Source: Macrostomum lignano (lineage: Eukaryota). From it: DNA of 64,000 bases. The DNA lies in the NCBI GenBank assembly GCA_002269645.1, contig NIVC01000870.1:62001-126000 (forward strand), given 5' to 3'. Under the pieces are notes generated by a model. The model was not told where the DNA came from. It made no database searches and saw only the letters and a program-made list of their open reading frames with translations. The position numbers and the translations under genes are program-made. This document shows, in pieces, positions 32,101 to 40,993 of the stretch; positions within the stretch are counted from its first letter, which is position 1, and each line of letters opens with the position of its first letter.

Positions 32101-32933
32101 GGTTCTTCAATTGTAAACACATTAATATTTAAACCATTCATTTTTTCAATCTTATATATATCATCTATTGCTACTGGGTATGATATGTTTTTCATTATTA
32201 TTTCATTCTCATATTGTTTATAATTATATATTTTATTAATGTGTGATTCTACTTGATTGTGATATTTATGAATTAATAAACACCATAATAAACATTTATT
32301 ATCTTTATTGTTTGGATTTATGATCATTGGTGATTTAAATTTGAGATTCATATGTGATCGTCCTTTAAGAATTTCAATAGGAACAATCTTTACTATTGCT
32401 GAATTACAGGATGCAAATATAAACCCGGATCCGTTTTCTGTCATCTTATCTATCCATTTATCAAACTCAGCTTCTATTTGATTAAATTGATTATTGTAAT
32501 TTCCCATTGATAGTAGTGTTTTATATGATTCTTGTGAAAAGTTATTTATTACTTCAATTTCTGAATTTGCATTAAGAATATTTGGTTTTTTAAATTCTGT
32601 TTCAACTTCTATTTTATACTTAATTGGCTGTCGTTTGTTATTTGGCCTTATAGTGTAATTGTTTAATATGATCTTTAATTTATCTTTCATTTGTTTAAAA
32701 TATTCTTTATAATTTGTATTTATATCTATATCTATATATATTACTTCAGCTCCATTTTGTACTTGTGGTTGGGGGTTATCAATATCATTTAATTGTCTTT
32801 CTAAACGTATCTCATTTTCTGCCCTAACTCTAGCTTCTATTTCAGCCCTATCGGCAATTCGTTGTGCTTCGATTTGAGCTATTAATTGTGCTCTAAGTTC
32901 AGGGTTGTCGATTTGAGCTAAAATTGCTTCCAT
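29181..32933 (-). CDS. pPolB: Protein-primed family B DNA polymerase (1250 aa) with inserted endonuclease VII-like Zn module
   Basis: Exo I YADFE, Exo II FHNGPGYDFH, Exo III YLKADV; pol A YLDANNLYG, pol B KLMNNAFYGK, pol C YADTDS; CYMC...EHCHLTG.YRGAAC.SCN. Confidence 0.97.
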   Translation of the reverse strand: MEAILAQIDNPELRAQLIAQIEAQRIADRAEIEARVRAENEIRLERQLNDIDNPQPQVQNGAEVIYIDIDINTNYKEYFKQMKDKLKIILNNYTIRPNNKRQPIKYKIEVETEFKKPNILNANSEIEVINNFSQESYKTLLSMGNYNNQFNQIEAEFDKWIDKMTENGSGFIFASCNSAIVKIVPIEILKGRSHMNLKFKSPMIINPNNKDNKCLLWCLLIHKYHNQVESHINKIYNYKQYENEIIMKNISYPVAIDDIYKIEKMNGLNINVFTIEEPKDLEEISTDPEWYKKRCYLVKPATDITAPDQIDLLYMQRENETHYIYIKDISSFLRENRNRYPLCRNCFTFKKDETALKNHQRFCLDHKFTNAVMPASEDATLMFQQHYMAIKKPIVIYADFEATNVPLKEPQTVSDGECTKKLAQQFPNSYCIYVHSVADHIFKSRMITYHGKDAAKHMAESLVNAFEYIQNQYDKLSKNIIMTDKDRDNYKNATNCYMCKRYLSKKNKIREHCHLTGIYRGAACRSCNAKEGKGCKEIPVFFHNGPGYDFHFLVRELLHLGKDEYEINMLPKTSENYISITYGKKYSHLVFLDSLRFLSTSLANVVSSLVPKPWDLEIVKKNFPILLNRFKKEKLSEEELMLLTRKGIYPYEYVTSEDVFFHTELPPIEKFYSTLSQTNISESDYEHTQKVWKYFNCKTFKDYHNLYLKADVLLLADAFENFRNHTYENFKIDPAYCFSAPGLTWACGLKYTDVEIDLLTDHDMLLMIERGIRGGFSGVLGDRYTKVNNKYLPNYNKKEKSSYVLYLDANNLYGGCMKQKLPIADFQWEDDPDYYKNIPEGRGCIVEVDLQYTREAKAKTYKYPLAPEHCSVNEDDLSQTQKDYLKVDNAKHLATKKLILNLHDKKNYVVHYKLLQFYEKQGLKVSKVHRTISFIEEDWLAKYIDFNSNQRQMSKTNFEKDYWKLMNNAFYGKTVENIRDRTQFHLEKDIDKAKKYFSKPNFKYFIKFNDNFMGIHMRNKTTKFLKPIFIGMVVLDYAKLVMYEYYYDVINKTWPDNYPIYADTDSLVFKVETLDVYKDMEKIKDTLDTSDYPDNHPLKSNQNKKVVLKMKDELNSKIITEFIAIRSKCYAFKVLGQEGEVKKIKGVSRAAVKKITFDDYKNVLLDYLNTIENYHAPQYRLNSDKHQMFVIETDKKTLSPFDDKRYLDDKIKTYPYGLKEEIKNMIKDKKQKEDIISKYNEYKEAINNYY

Positions 32934-33017
32934 TTTATAGAATAAAATTTATATAATGTTTGAATTATTGATTTTTTAATTTTGTGTTTTTGGTGTCCAG
33001 ACCCTCCCCCCAGGAGC

Positions 33018-34005
33018 CTATTCGAGATCTGCTTTTGGTAATAGCAATCCATTGCCCATAACGTTTGAATTTAAGAAAATTCCTGAACCTGCTTTTGGTC
33101 GCATTTCGAGATATAATCCGCTTCCGTCGTGTTTTTCAATGATATTAAAATCTTTTCCTAATTTATTAAAAATTTTCTGAACAGCTGGTCTAAAATTGGA
33201 TCCAATATTGTCAAAAAATCCTTTAGCTTTCTCACCCGTTTTTTCTAAAGTTTGGCCAAATTCATGTAGTTTATCTGCGACAACTCCACTTCCTTGGGTC
33301 GTTCCTTTTAGTACCAAACCGTTGCCATTTAACAGTAAACCATTCCCGCGATTTGTTCCTTGCAAGAGTAAACCTTTTCCGGCTGCTAACCTAGCTTCTG
33401 CATTTCTTTTTTGCTCTGCTGTTGCTGAGCTACTATTAATGGTATCAATAAGTTTCTGTTTGAATTGTGCATCCTGTGTTATTTGCTGTCTTTGAAATTC
33501 AGCATCTCGTTTAGCTTTTTCATCCGCAGCTTTTTTATCATTTACTGCTTTTGTGATTCCAGCTGCGCCCCCTGCTATTCCACCAGCTGCTCCTATTCCT
33601 GCAAAAATTATTGGCAATAAAGTTGCAAGTGGAAGTATGCCTCCTTGTTTTGCTTTTAATTCTGCTAACTGTTTTCGTTATCATGAATTCTTTTACCTGC
33701 TAAACCGGCTAGGCCTAAAAGAATTGGTAAAATAGGTAACAATCGTCTTTTTTAGTGTGAGTCTCCAATAAAAATTTTACATCGGAGTCTGTCAGCCTAT
33801 AATTTCTACCATGATTCTTAAAGGATATTGGCCTTCCTTCTTGTGCATATTTTGCAGCAAGTTTAAATGTATTGATATCGTAGTCAAGTTTTTTACCTAA
33901 ACGATCCAATCTTTTTAACATTGTGTGACTATGTTTATTATCGTCTAGATTTAAAGTATCTACAATTTCTCCTATAAAATATAAGCGGTCGTTATCTGTG
34001 TCCAT
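33018..34005 (-). CDS. Core/membrane-lytic precursor protein(s) with GG|L and GxG|L sites; appears to be one ~330-aa gene broken by two -1 discontinuities
   Basis: QGG|ILPLATLLPIIFAGIGAAGGIAGGAAGITKAVN; GKG|L, GNG|L, GSG|L repeats; no in-frame ATG for 33018-33617. Confidence 0.6.
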
Positions 34006-34015
34006 TTTTATATTG

Positions 34016-34414
34016 TTAAAATTTTTTTAATCCTTTTCCACCTTTTATAGTGGTTAACATTTTATTAAAATCCTGAATATCTTTATTACTTATTGGCGTG
34101 GTTTTCGTGGGGGTTTCTGTTGGTTGTGCGGCTTGTGCCAGCTTTAAATCTTTTATTGCATTTATTTGTGAGAGGGTGGCGTTAAAATCTCTCAATTTCT
34201 TTAGTTCTTCTGCCGCTCTAGCTGCTTCAATTCCTCCTTTTACAGCATTTGTTATAGAGCCTGCTGCGGAGCCTGCTTGCCCTATTAGACCCATATTGTC
34301 TTTAACAAAATTCGCTGCTGTTCCAACCACATCAAAAAGTCCCTCACCTCGGTATTCAATTGGGTCTCCTACCTGCAATTCGTTCAGATTTTGCATATGA
34401 GTAACGTGTGTCAT
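34016..34414 (-). CDS. Core protein precursor (132 aa from ATG 34414)
   Basis: RGEG|LFD and GGKG|L putative adenain sites; A-rich start context. Confidence 0.65.
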   Translation of the reverse strand: MTHVTHMQNLNELQVGDPIEYRGEGLFDVVGTAANFVKDNMGLIGQAGSAAGSITNAVKGGIEAARAAEELKKLRDFNATLSQINAIKDLKLAQAAQPTETPTKTTPISNKDIQDFNKMLTTIKGGKGLKKF

Positions 34415-34600
34415 TTTTTGTTCTATTTTTAGTAACAGAAAAAAGAGACGAAGTGGAAGCACAATAGGTTGGGGTAGAATAATAGAACAGTGGGTAGTAT
34501 AAGAAAAAGAGACGATTTATAACTTATGAATGAAACTCTCGCTACCATATATGGTATTATGCCTCCTCTTCATGAATGGGCTAGTATGAAGTTTCATACT

Positions 34601-34981
34601 ACAGAAAAAGACCCTTCGCGCCTGCGGCGCGTGCGAGGGGTTATAGAGAATTTGAAGTGTTAGAAGTATTGTAAGTGTTAGAAGTGTTGGAAGTGTTAGA
34701 AGTGTTGGGTAGAGTAGTAGTAGGGAAAAAGACGCTTCTAGATCAGACCTTTTTTAATGGCCGTTTATAAGGTTCCAGAGGGGGGACACGAGGGGTGTTA
34801 TAAGAAAGGGTTATATTGCTTTTTTGGTGATTATGGGGGTTGTAGGTGATTAAGGGTGATTAGATGTGTTAAGGGTGTTTAGATGTGTTTTTTAGTTACC
34901 CCCTCGTGTCCCCCCTCTAGACCCTTAAAACTGCTATTAAAAAAGTGCTCTGGGTCTAGAAGCGTCTTTTTCCCTACTACT
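34601..34981 (-). repeat. Polinton right TIR (381 bp)
   Basis: Reverse complement of the left TIR. Confidence 0.95.
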
Positions 34982-34987
34982 TTGGCT

Positions 34988-37900
34988 GTTGCGGATAGTC
35001 AAATTCATCTAATTGAGGATGCAGAAACTCCGAAGGAAGCGTGGGATAAGCTTCAAGCATATTTCGAGCGGAGTTCGCTGGCAAATAAATTGTTTCTTAA
35101 TCGGAAACTACAAGCGCTCAAGATGGTGGAAGGTGCATCCATGCAGGAGCATGTTAATCAGTTCAAGGATATCGTCAAACGACTGTCGGCTATCGGGGCA
35201 GGTGTTCCCGAGGACTATCAAGTCACGATTCTGCTAAACAGTTTGCCGAAGTCATATGACGGGTTGATTACTGCCCTGGAATCGCGAGCGGACGACTTGA
35301 CGATGAATTTCGTACTCGAGCGGCTTTTGCACGAGGAGTCAAAACGACTTGAACAGGAAAGCTGTGAACCTAGCAGCAATTCAAAGGCTCTGGTTGGATT
35401 CAAGAGGCAACAGCACCAGAGTGTCAGACCAAAAGTATGTTTTTTCTGCAATAAGCCTGGTCACCTAAAGAAGCACTGTTACAAATTCAAGAATAGCCTC
35501 TCTGTGACAGGTGGATCGAACACAAATTCAAGACCACAGGATTTGAAGAAATCCAACAGAAGGCATCAGGCGAGGATTGCAGACGCCCCAGCAAAAGACT
35601 TAAAGGACTTTTCAGCTTCAGATGAGGAAGATTCTGCATTTCCGGCGTTGTCTATGGGCACATCATCGACAGCCAACGAGTCTAGTACATGGATTGTGGA
35701 CTCAGGCGCAACGAATCACATGACTAATGATCGGACAAGTTTTGAGAAATTCGAAGATTTTTCGGTACTGGAGAACATTTCGCTAGCAGATGGACATAAG
35801 CTCGAAGCCACTGGAAAGGGAACCGTTCGGTTGTATATCAATACTGGTTCTGGTAAGAAATTGTGCGAGCTGAGCGACGTTCTATATGTACCACTTATGG
35901 AACAGAATTTGTTCTCAGTATCAGCAGTTACAAGAAAAAACTTCAGTGTACAATTCAGCGACGACAAGTGTCAGATTTTGAGCGCAACTGGTAAGATTGT
36001 TGGAGAAGCTTTGAAAGTTGGCAGACTGTACAAATTGAAAGGCTTTAACTTAACTAACGAGACTGCATCTGTCGCAAGAAACAACAGCATCGACCTATGG
36101 CATCAGCGCTATGGACACCTAGGTGAGCAAGACCTGAAATCTCTAATTAATGGAAAGCAAGTGGACGGAATTGAGCTTAGCAAGGATGACGTAAAAACTG
36201 AAGGCATCAGTTTCTGCACAGCATGTGTGGAAGGAAAGCAACATCGAACGCCATTTGCAAAGGGTGAAACGTCAAGGTCAACTGAACTATTGGGTCTAAT
36301 TCACAGTGACGTGTGCGGTCCCATGCAAACTACGTCAATTGGAGGATCAAAGTATTTTGTCACATTTATTGACGACTATTCGCGCTATTGCTCAGTTTAC
36401 TTCATTAAAAGTAAGTCAGAAGTCTTAGAAAAATTCAAGATCTTTCAGGCTCTCGTCACGAATCAAACAGACAAGTCTATCAAGATTCTTCGGACTGACA
36501 ATGGTGGAGAGTATACATCAGGAGAATTTGAGGCATTCTGTGCCCGAAACGGAATCATTCACCAGACTACAGTCACACACTCTCCTGAACAGAACGGAGT
36601 AGCCGAGAGAATGAACCGAACCTTGGTGGAGGCAGCACGAAAAATGATTGCACATGCTCATATTGGCAAGGAATTCTGGGCAGAAGCAATCTCTACGGCA
36701 GCATATCTGCGTAATCGATCAATAACGAGTGCAGTCAACAAAGCGACACCATATCAAATTTGGACCGGCAGCAAGCCGAGTGTTCAGCATTTGCGAGTAT
36801 TTGGATGCGTTGCCTACGCGCATGTCCCAGCTGAGAAACGTCACAAGTTTGACTCAAAAGCTCGGGAAGTCAGATTTATTGGATACTCGGAAACCTCAAA
36901 AGGATATCGTTGTTTTGATTTCCAAACACGATCAGTTTTCGTCAGTCGCGATGTAACATTCCAAGAGTCGTGCTTCGTGAAGCAATTAGTGGAGAAGCAG
37001 GAGACACTTCAACTGAATGCAGGTACCGAACCAGCATCGTCTGATTTCAAATGTGTTCCTGAAACTGTCGACAAGCAAGAAGTTCGGAGATCAACTCGAG
37101 AGAAGAAGCCCGTTGACAGGTACGTGGCATCCGTTGCAACACAAATTGACGAACCGAAAACTCTACAGCAAGCATTGGACAGCTCATTCTCTAAAAACTG
37201 GCAAGAGGCTGCGAACGCAGAGTACGAGTCACTGATGGAGAACAGAACATGGAAACTGGTTGAGCTACCAAAAGGACGTCAAACTATTGGCTGTAAGTGG
37301 GTATTTCGTGTCAAGTATAAGGCAGACAACTCAGTAGACAGATTCAAAGCAAGATTGGTAGTCAAAGGATACTCTCAAGAGCATGGAGTAGATTATGAGG
37401 AGACGTATGCACCAGTAGCTCGATTTACATCAATTAGAACTCTACTGGCTGTTGGAGTTCAACGAGATTGGAAAATTCACCAGATGGATGTCGTAACAGC
37501 ATTTTTAAACGGCAAACTAGACGAAGAAATTTACATGGAACAACCGGAAGGATTTGTGGTGCAAGGCAAGGAAACACTAGTATGCAAACTAGAAAGAAGT
37601 CTATATGGACTCAAGCAGGCTCCTAGATGTTGGAATCAAACTCTACATGATGAACTTTTAAGTCTTAACCTAGTGCAGGCAAAGTCAGAACCGTGTATCT
37701 ATGCTAACTCTCAATCTGCGATCGGTGTGTATGTGGACGACATTCTATTAACAGCATCTGACGACTACATGCCCGTGCTGAAGCAAGAACTGCAATCTAA
37801 ATTTAAGATGAAGGATCTAGGCGAATTTCACTATTTTCTTGGAATTCAAGCTACCTGGAAGAATGGTTCATTGTTTCTAAACCAAGAGCGGTATCTAAAT

Positions 37901-38674
37901 ACCATCCTTTCTAAATTCAACATGATGGACTGCAAACCGGTATCAACACCAATGGACACAAGTGTCAAATTCTACACTACACAGACCTGTGATGCTAAGG
38001 TGGACAAGACTATGTATCAGGCGGCAGTAGGAAGTCTAAACTACGCAGCACTAGCTACACGACCAGATGTGTCATCTGCAGTGGGAGTTCTCGCGCGATA
38101 TTGCTCAGACCCAACTGAACAGCATTGGAGTGGCGTGAAGCGTGTCCTGAGATATCTAAAGGGAACCATTTCATCAGGATTGGTTTTTCAGAAGGACTCG
38201 CGTGCAATCGATCTAATTGGATATTCCGATGCAGACTGGGCTGGAGATCACAATGACCGACGTTCTACAACCGGATACATCTTCAAGTTGGCTGAATGTC
38301 CGATTAGCTGGAGTAGCAAGAAGCAACAAACTGTAGCCTTATCGACGACGGAGGCCGAGTACATGGCACTCTCAGCTGCTACACAAGAAGCCACATGGTT
38401 ACAACAGTTACTACTAGATCTTCGCGTAGAAAGTCTCAAATACGTTACTATCCTTGAAGACAATCAAGGCTGTATTGCTCTAGCTAGGAATCCTGTCTTC
38501 CACAGTCGTTCTAAGCACATTGATATCCGTCACCATTTCGTGCGTGAGAAGTTGGTCGGTGGAACTTTAAAGCTAATTTACTGTCCGTCAGAGGAGATGA
38601 TCGCTGACATTCTTACTAAAGCACTGTCTAATGCTAAGTTTCAAGTGCTCAAGGAACTGATTCCTGTTCGTTAA
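34988..38674 (+). CDS. pol: Remainder of copia gag-pol polyprotein (1228 aa)
   Basis: CCHC knuckle CFFCNKPGHLKKHC, protease WIVDSGATNHM, WHQRYGHL, integrase IHSDVCGP/TDNGGEY/NGVAER, RT YVDDILL, RNase H YSDADWAG; no stops. Confidence 0.97.
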   Translation, partial: VADSQIHLIEDAETPKEAWDKLQAYFERSSLANKLFLNRKLQALKMVEGASMQEHVNQFKDIVKRLSAIGAGVPEDYQVTILLNSLPKSYDGLITALESRADDLTMNFVLERLLHEESKRLEQESCEPSSNSKALVGFKRQQHQSVRPKVCFFCNKPGHLKKHCYKFKNSLSVTGGSNTNSRPQDLKKSNRRHQARIADAPAKDLKDFSASDEEDSAFPALSMGTSSTANESSTWIVDSGATNHMTNDRTSFEKFEDFSVLENISLADGHKLEATGKGTVRLYINTGSGKKLCELSDVLYVPLMEQNLFSVSAVTRKNFSVQFSDDKCQILSATGKIVGEALKVGRLYKLKGFNLTNETASVARNNSIDLWHQRYGHLGEQDLKSLINGKQVDGIELSKDDVKTEGISFCTACVEGKQHRTPFAKGETSRSTELLGLIHSDVCGPMQTTSIGGSKYFVTFIDDYSRYCSVYFIKSKSEVLEKFKIFQALVTNQTDKSIKILRTDNGGEYTSGEFEAFCARNGIIHQTTVTHSPEQNGVAERMNRTLVEAARKMIAHAHIGKEFWAEAISTAAYLRNRSITSAVNKATPYQIWTGSKPSVQHLRVFGCVAYAHVPAEKRHKFDSKAREVRFIGYSETSKGYRCFDFQTRSVFVSRDVTFQESCFVKQLVEKQETLQLNAGTEPASSDFKCVPETVDKQEVRRSTREKKPVDRYVASVATQIDEPKTLQQALDSSFSKNWQEAANAEYESLMENRTWKLVELPKGRQTIGCKWVFRVKYKADNSVDRFKARLVVKGYSQEHGVDYEETYAPVARFTSIRTLLAVGVQRDWKIHQMDVVTAFLNGKLDEEIYMEQPEGFVVQGKETLVCKLERSLYGLKQAPRCWNQTLHDELLSLNLVQAKSEPCIYANSQSAIGVYVDDILLTASDDYMPVLKQELQSKFKMKDLGEFHYFLGIQATWKNGSLFLNQERYLNTILSKFNMMDCKPVSTPMDTSVKFYTTQTCDAKVDKTMYQAAVGSLNYAALATRPDVSSAVGVLARYCSDPTEQHWSGVKRVLRYLKGTISSGLVFQKDSRAIDLIGYSDADWAGDHNDRRSTTGYIFKLAECPISWSSKKQQTVALSTTEAEYMALSAATQEATWLQQLLLDLRVESLKYVTILEDNQGCIALARNPVFHSRSKHIDIRHHFVREKLVGGTLKLIYCPSEEMIADILTKALSNAKFQVLKELIPVR

Positions 38675-38764
38675 TATAACTGCTAACTCTTTATCTAACT
38701 TTGATATTCAAGACACAATATGAACTGTTTGTACCAGTATGCACTAGTTTTTAAGCTAAACATT

Positions 38765-38773
38765 AAGTGGGAG
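38765..38773 (+). promoter_or_regulatory. Copia polypurine tract
   Basis: aagtgggag immediately before the 3' LTR. Confidence 0.8.
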
Positions 38774-39016
38774 TGTTAAAGATGTTAAGTAATCGTTTAT
38801 CTTAAAATAGTCAACTTTATATTTATAGTAAGTGAATCCAAGTTTTCCTTCTAGAATTTTCTATAACAGACTTCTTAATTATATCTATGGTTTTCGACTC
38901 CCTTACCTGTACCACTAAGTTTTGTTTGAGCTACGCCAGTGCTAAATTCCATGTTAACCCTTTCTTTTGCTATCTTTCTCAAAACTCAATAAACGCCGAT
39001 TCATTATAACTTAACA
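38774..39016 (+). repeat. Copia 3' LTR (243 bp)
   Basis: Identical by eye to the 5' LTR. Confidence 0.95.
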
Positions 39017-39780
39017 AGGCTCATTCTCGAGGTCAATGATCGAGACACCGAGTGCTTTTGGCCCTAGACAGCTAAATGAGTGGGGAATATGATATGTATC
39101 CCCCGTTCGTTGTCTATGGTTGTTGTCTCGAATTTATCAGCCCGCGGGGCAGCGGGAAATAAATGATTTATTCACCTAGGGAAATAAATGAAAACATGCG
39201 TCACATAGACACTCGCCCGAGGCAAAAGGGGGATACATAATAATTGCTTGTCAGCGCCATACGACTCTTAACAATAAATAAATGTCATTCATCTGCGATT
39301 TTAATTCTTTATTGATTCTGCACCAGTTTTCCAGTATTAGTTCCATGCCATATGGATTTGAACAGAAGTAGAGAAGAAATATTTAAATTTTGCACTTTAG
39401 TTAAAAAAGCCGAACGGGACAATGGCCAGTCATTTGACTTTATACTGAGTTCACTCATCGCTAATTATTTGCTCATTTCGGACCTCTGACACCTCGTGAG
39501 GCTCAACTTCCGTCTGAATCTCCTGCTGCTCCTCCTTCTTCTTTCGCCTCCTCTGCTTCTGGTCTCGCTCGTCCGCCGGAATCGAACCCCGCACTGCAGC
39601 CTTCGACACTACAAAAGCGTCTGGCCGCGAGTTCAACGAGTGCATGCTGGGCCTCGCGCGCGGCTCCGCCAGCTGCTCCAGCCGCTCCGAAGCCACCCAC
39701 AGCAGTGCCGACTGTGGCACCTGGCTTCCAGGGTCCGCGGCCTGCGTGCGGCAAGAGCCAAGGGATAGTTATTTGATCTG

Positions 39781-39950
39781 TCCTGTCTATCCCTAGCTGA
39801 CCGCTGATTGGCTGATACTCGAATCGCAGCTCTCAACGCCACCAGTTTCCCTGTCTATCCCTAGCTGACAGCTGATTGGCTAATAAGTGAATCGCAGCTC
39901 TCAGTGTCACCAGTTTTCCTGTCTATCCCTAGCTGAGCGCTGATTGGCTA
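39781..39950. repeat. Three ~60-bp direct repeats, each with a reverse CCAAT box
   Basis: cctgtctatccctagctga...ctgattggct x3. Confidence 0.75.
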
Positions 39951-40993
39951 GCCCATTTGTCACTATTTGTCACTATTTGTCACTCTCGAATAATTGACGA
40001 ACCTGAAATTCGAAGCCCACTGGAAGAGGCTTTGGCAAACTCAGCCGCTCCATTCGCACCGAAAAAAACTGATGATGCTGCTGCTGACTTGAAGCAGACA
40101 GAGAAGCAGCTCTTCGACACCTCTGCCATTCCGACTCAGCGGCCACATCGTCTTGACAGTTCGGCAGCCGCCGCTGTCTGCGCGGCGGAGCAGTGGCCAG
40201 GCGCGCCAGACGCTCCATTGAAGGCCCGGAGCAGCTGCTGCTGGTGCCGATGCCTCTCTGAGACGTCCTTCCTTCTGGTGGCTGCGGAGTCGGTCGTGGC
40301 TGACTCAGCTCGAGGATTCTGTCACTGATTGGACTCAACTGACGATCAACCCCCTTGCTGGGCGATTTCTGCTCGCCGCTGCCCCGCCTGTGGCGCTGTC
40401 TCGGCCGGCTGAGCTCGAGCACTCGAGGCGGACAGCTGGCCGAGAGAGCGGCCGGCGGCACCGGCCAGATTGGATCGGGGGTGCCGCAGGAGTACAGATG
40501 AAGGTCGCGGTAGCTGAGATATGCGGGTGACAAGTTGACTGTTTGGTGGGTGATTTTGCGGAATGAAGGAGACAGAATGCAAGTTTGCATAATGAAGTTA
40601 ACAATAATGATAATGATTAAATCGCAGGAAGGTAGGGTTGCGGGCACCTACAAGTGCGCCGAAACTCTACTCAGGCACAGGATGTCCTGACTTTCTAAAT
40701 GTCAGACAAGCTGGTCCCGCAAAGGATTGACGCAATTTTGACGCATGACGTCTTATGACAGCTTTATAAAATTTTAGCTCGTGAATTAATTGCTGTCGTC
40801 AACTGGTTGAGCAACAGGAGCAGGTGAAACTAATATTGACTTAGCCCAAGTATATAAAAGAAGTTGTAGACATGGAGCAAGAACATGAATAAGAAAAATT
40901 GCAGCTCAATAAGAGCTCATTGAGGCCAGACACTGGCTTTCTTTTAGCAGTGCTTCAAGTGCCGCCCGTGCGCTTCGAAGCTCGGAGGCGGGG

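Larger units (their letters stand above)
17405..34981. mobile_element. Complete Polinton/Maverick (adintovirus-like endogenous dsDNA virus), 17,577 bp
   Basis: AGTAGT...ACTACT termini, 6-bp TSD TTGGCT (17399-17404 and 34982-34987), 381-bp TIRs, pPolB, INT, ATPase, PRO, MCP and mCP; AT-rich, gene-dense. Confidence 0.98.
16787..39016 (+). mobile_element. Ty1/copia LTR retrotransposon (~4.65 kb without insert), interrupted by a Polinton
   Basis: Two 243-bp LTRs TGTTAA...TTAACA, copia-type PBS, PPT, gag-PR-IN-RT-RH domain order. Confidence 0.97.

Noticed and set aside
34883-34987. First 35 codons of the 1263-aa copia ORF
   Set aside because: Read-through from the Polinton TIR and TSD, not genuine gag.
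39451-40647. Several 80-220-aa ORFs on both strands
   Set aside because: No recognisable domain or consistent exon structure; left unannotated.
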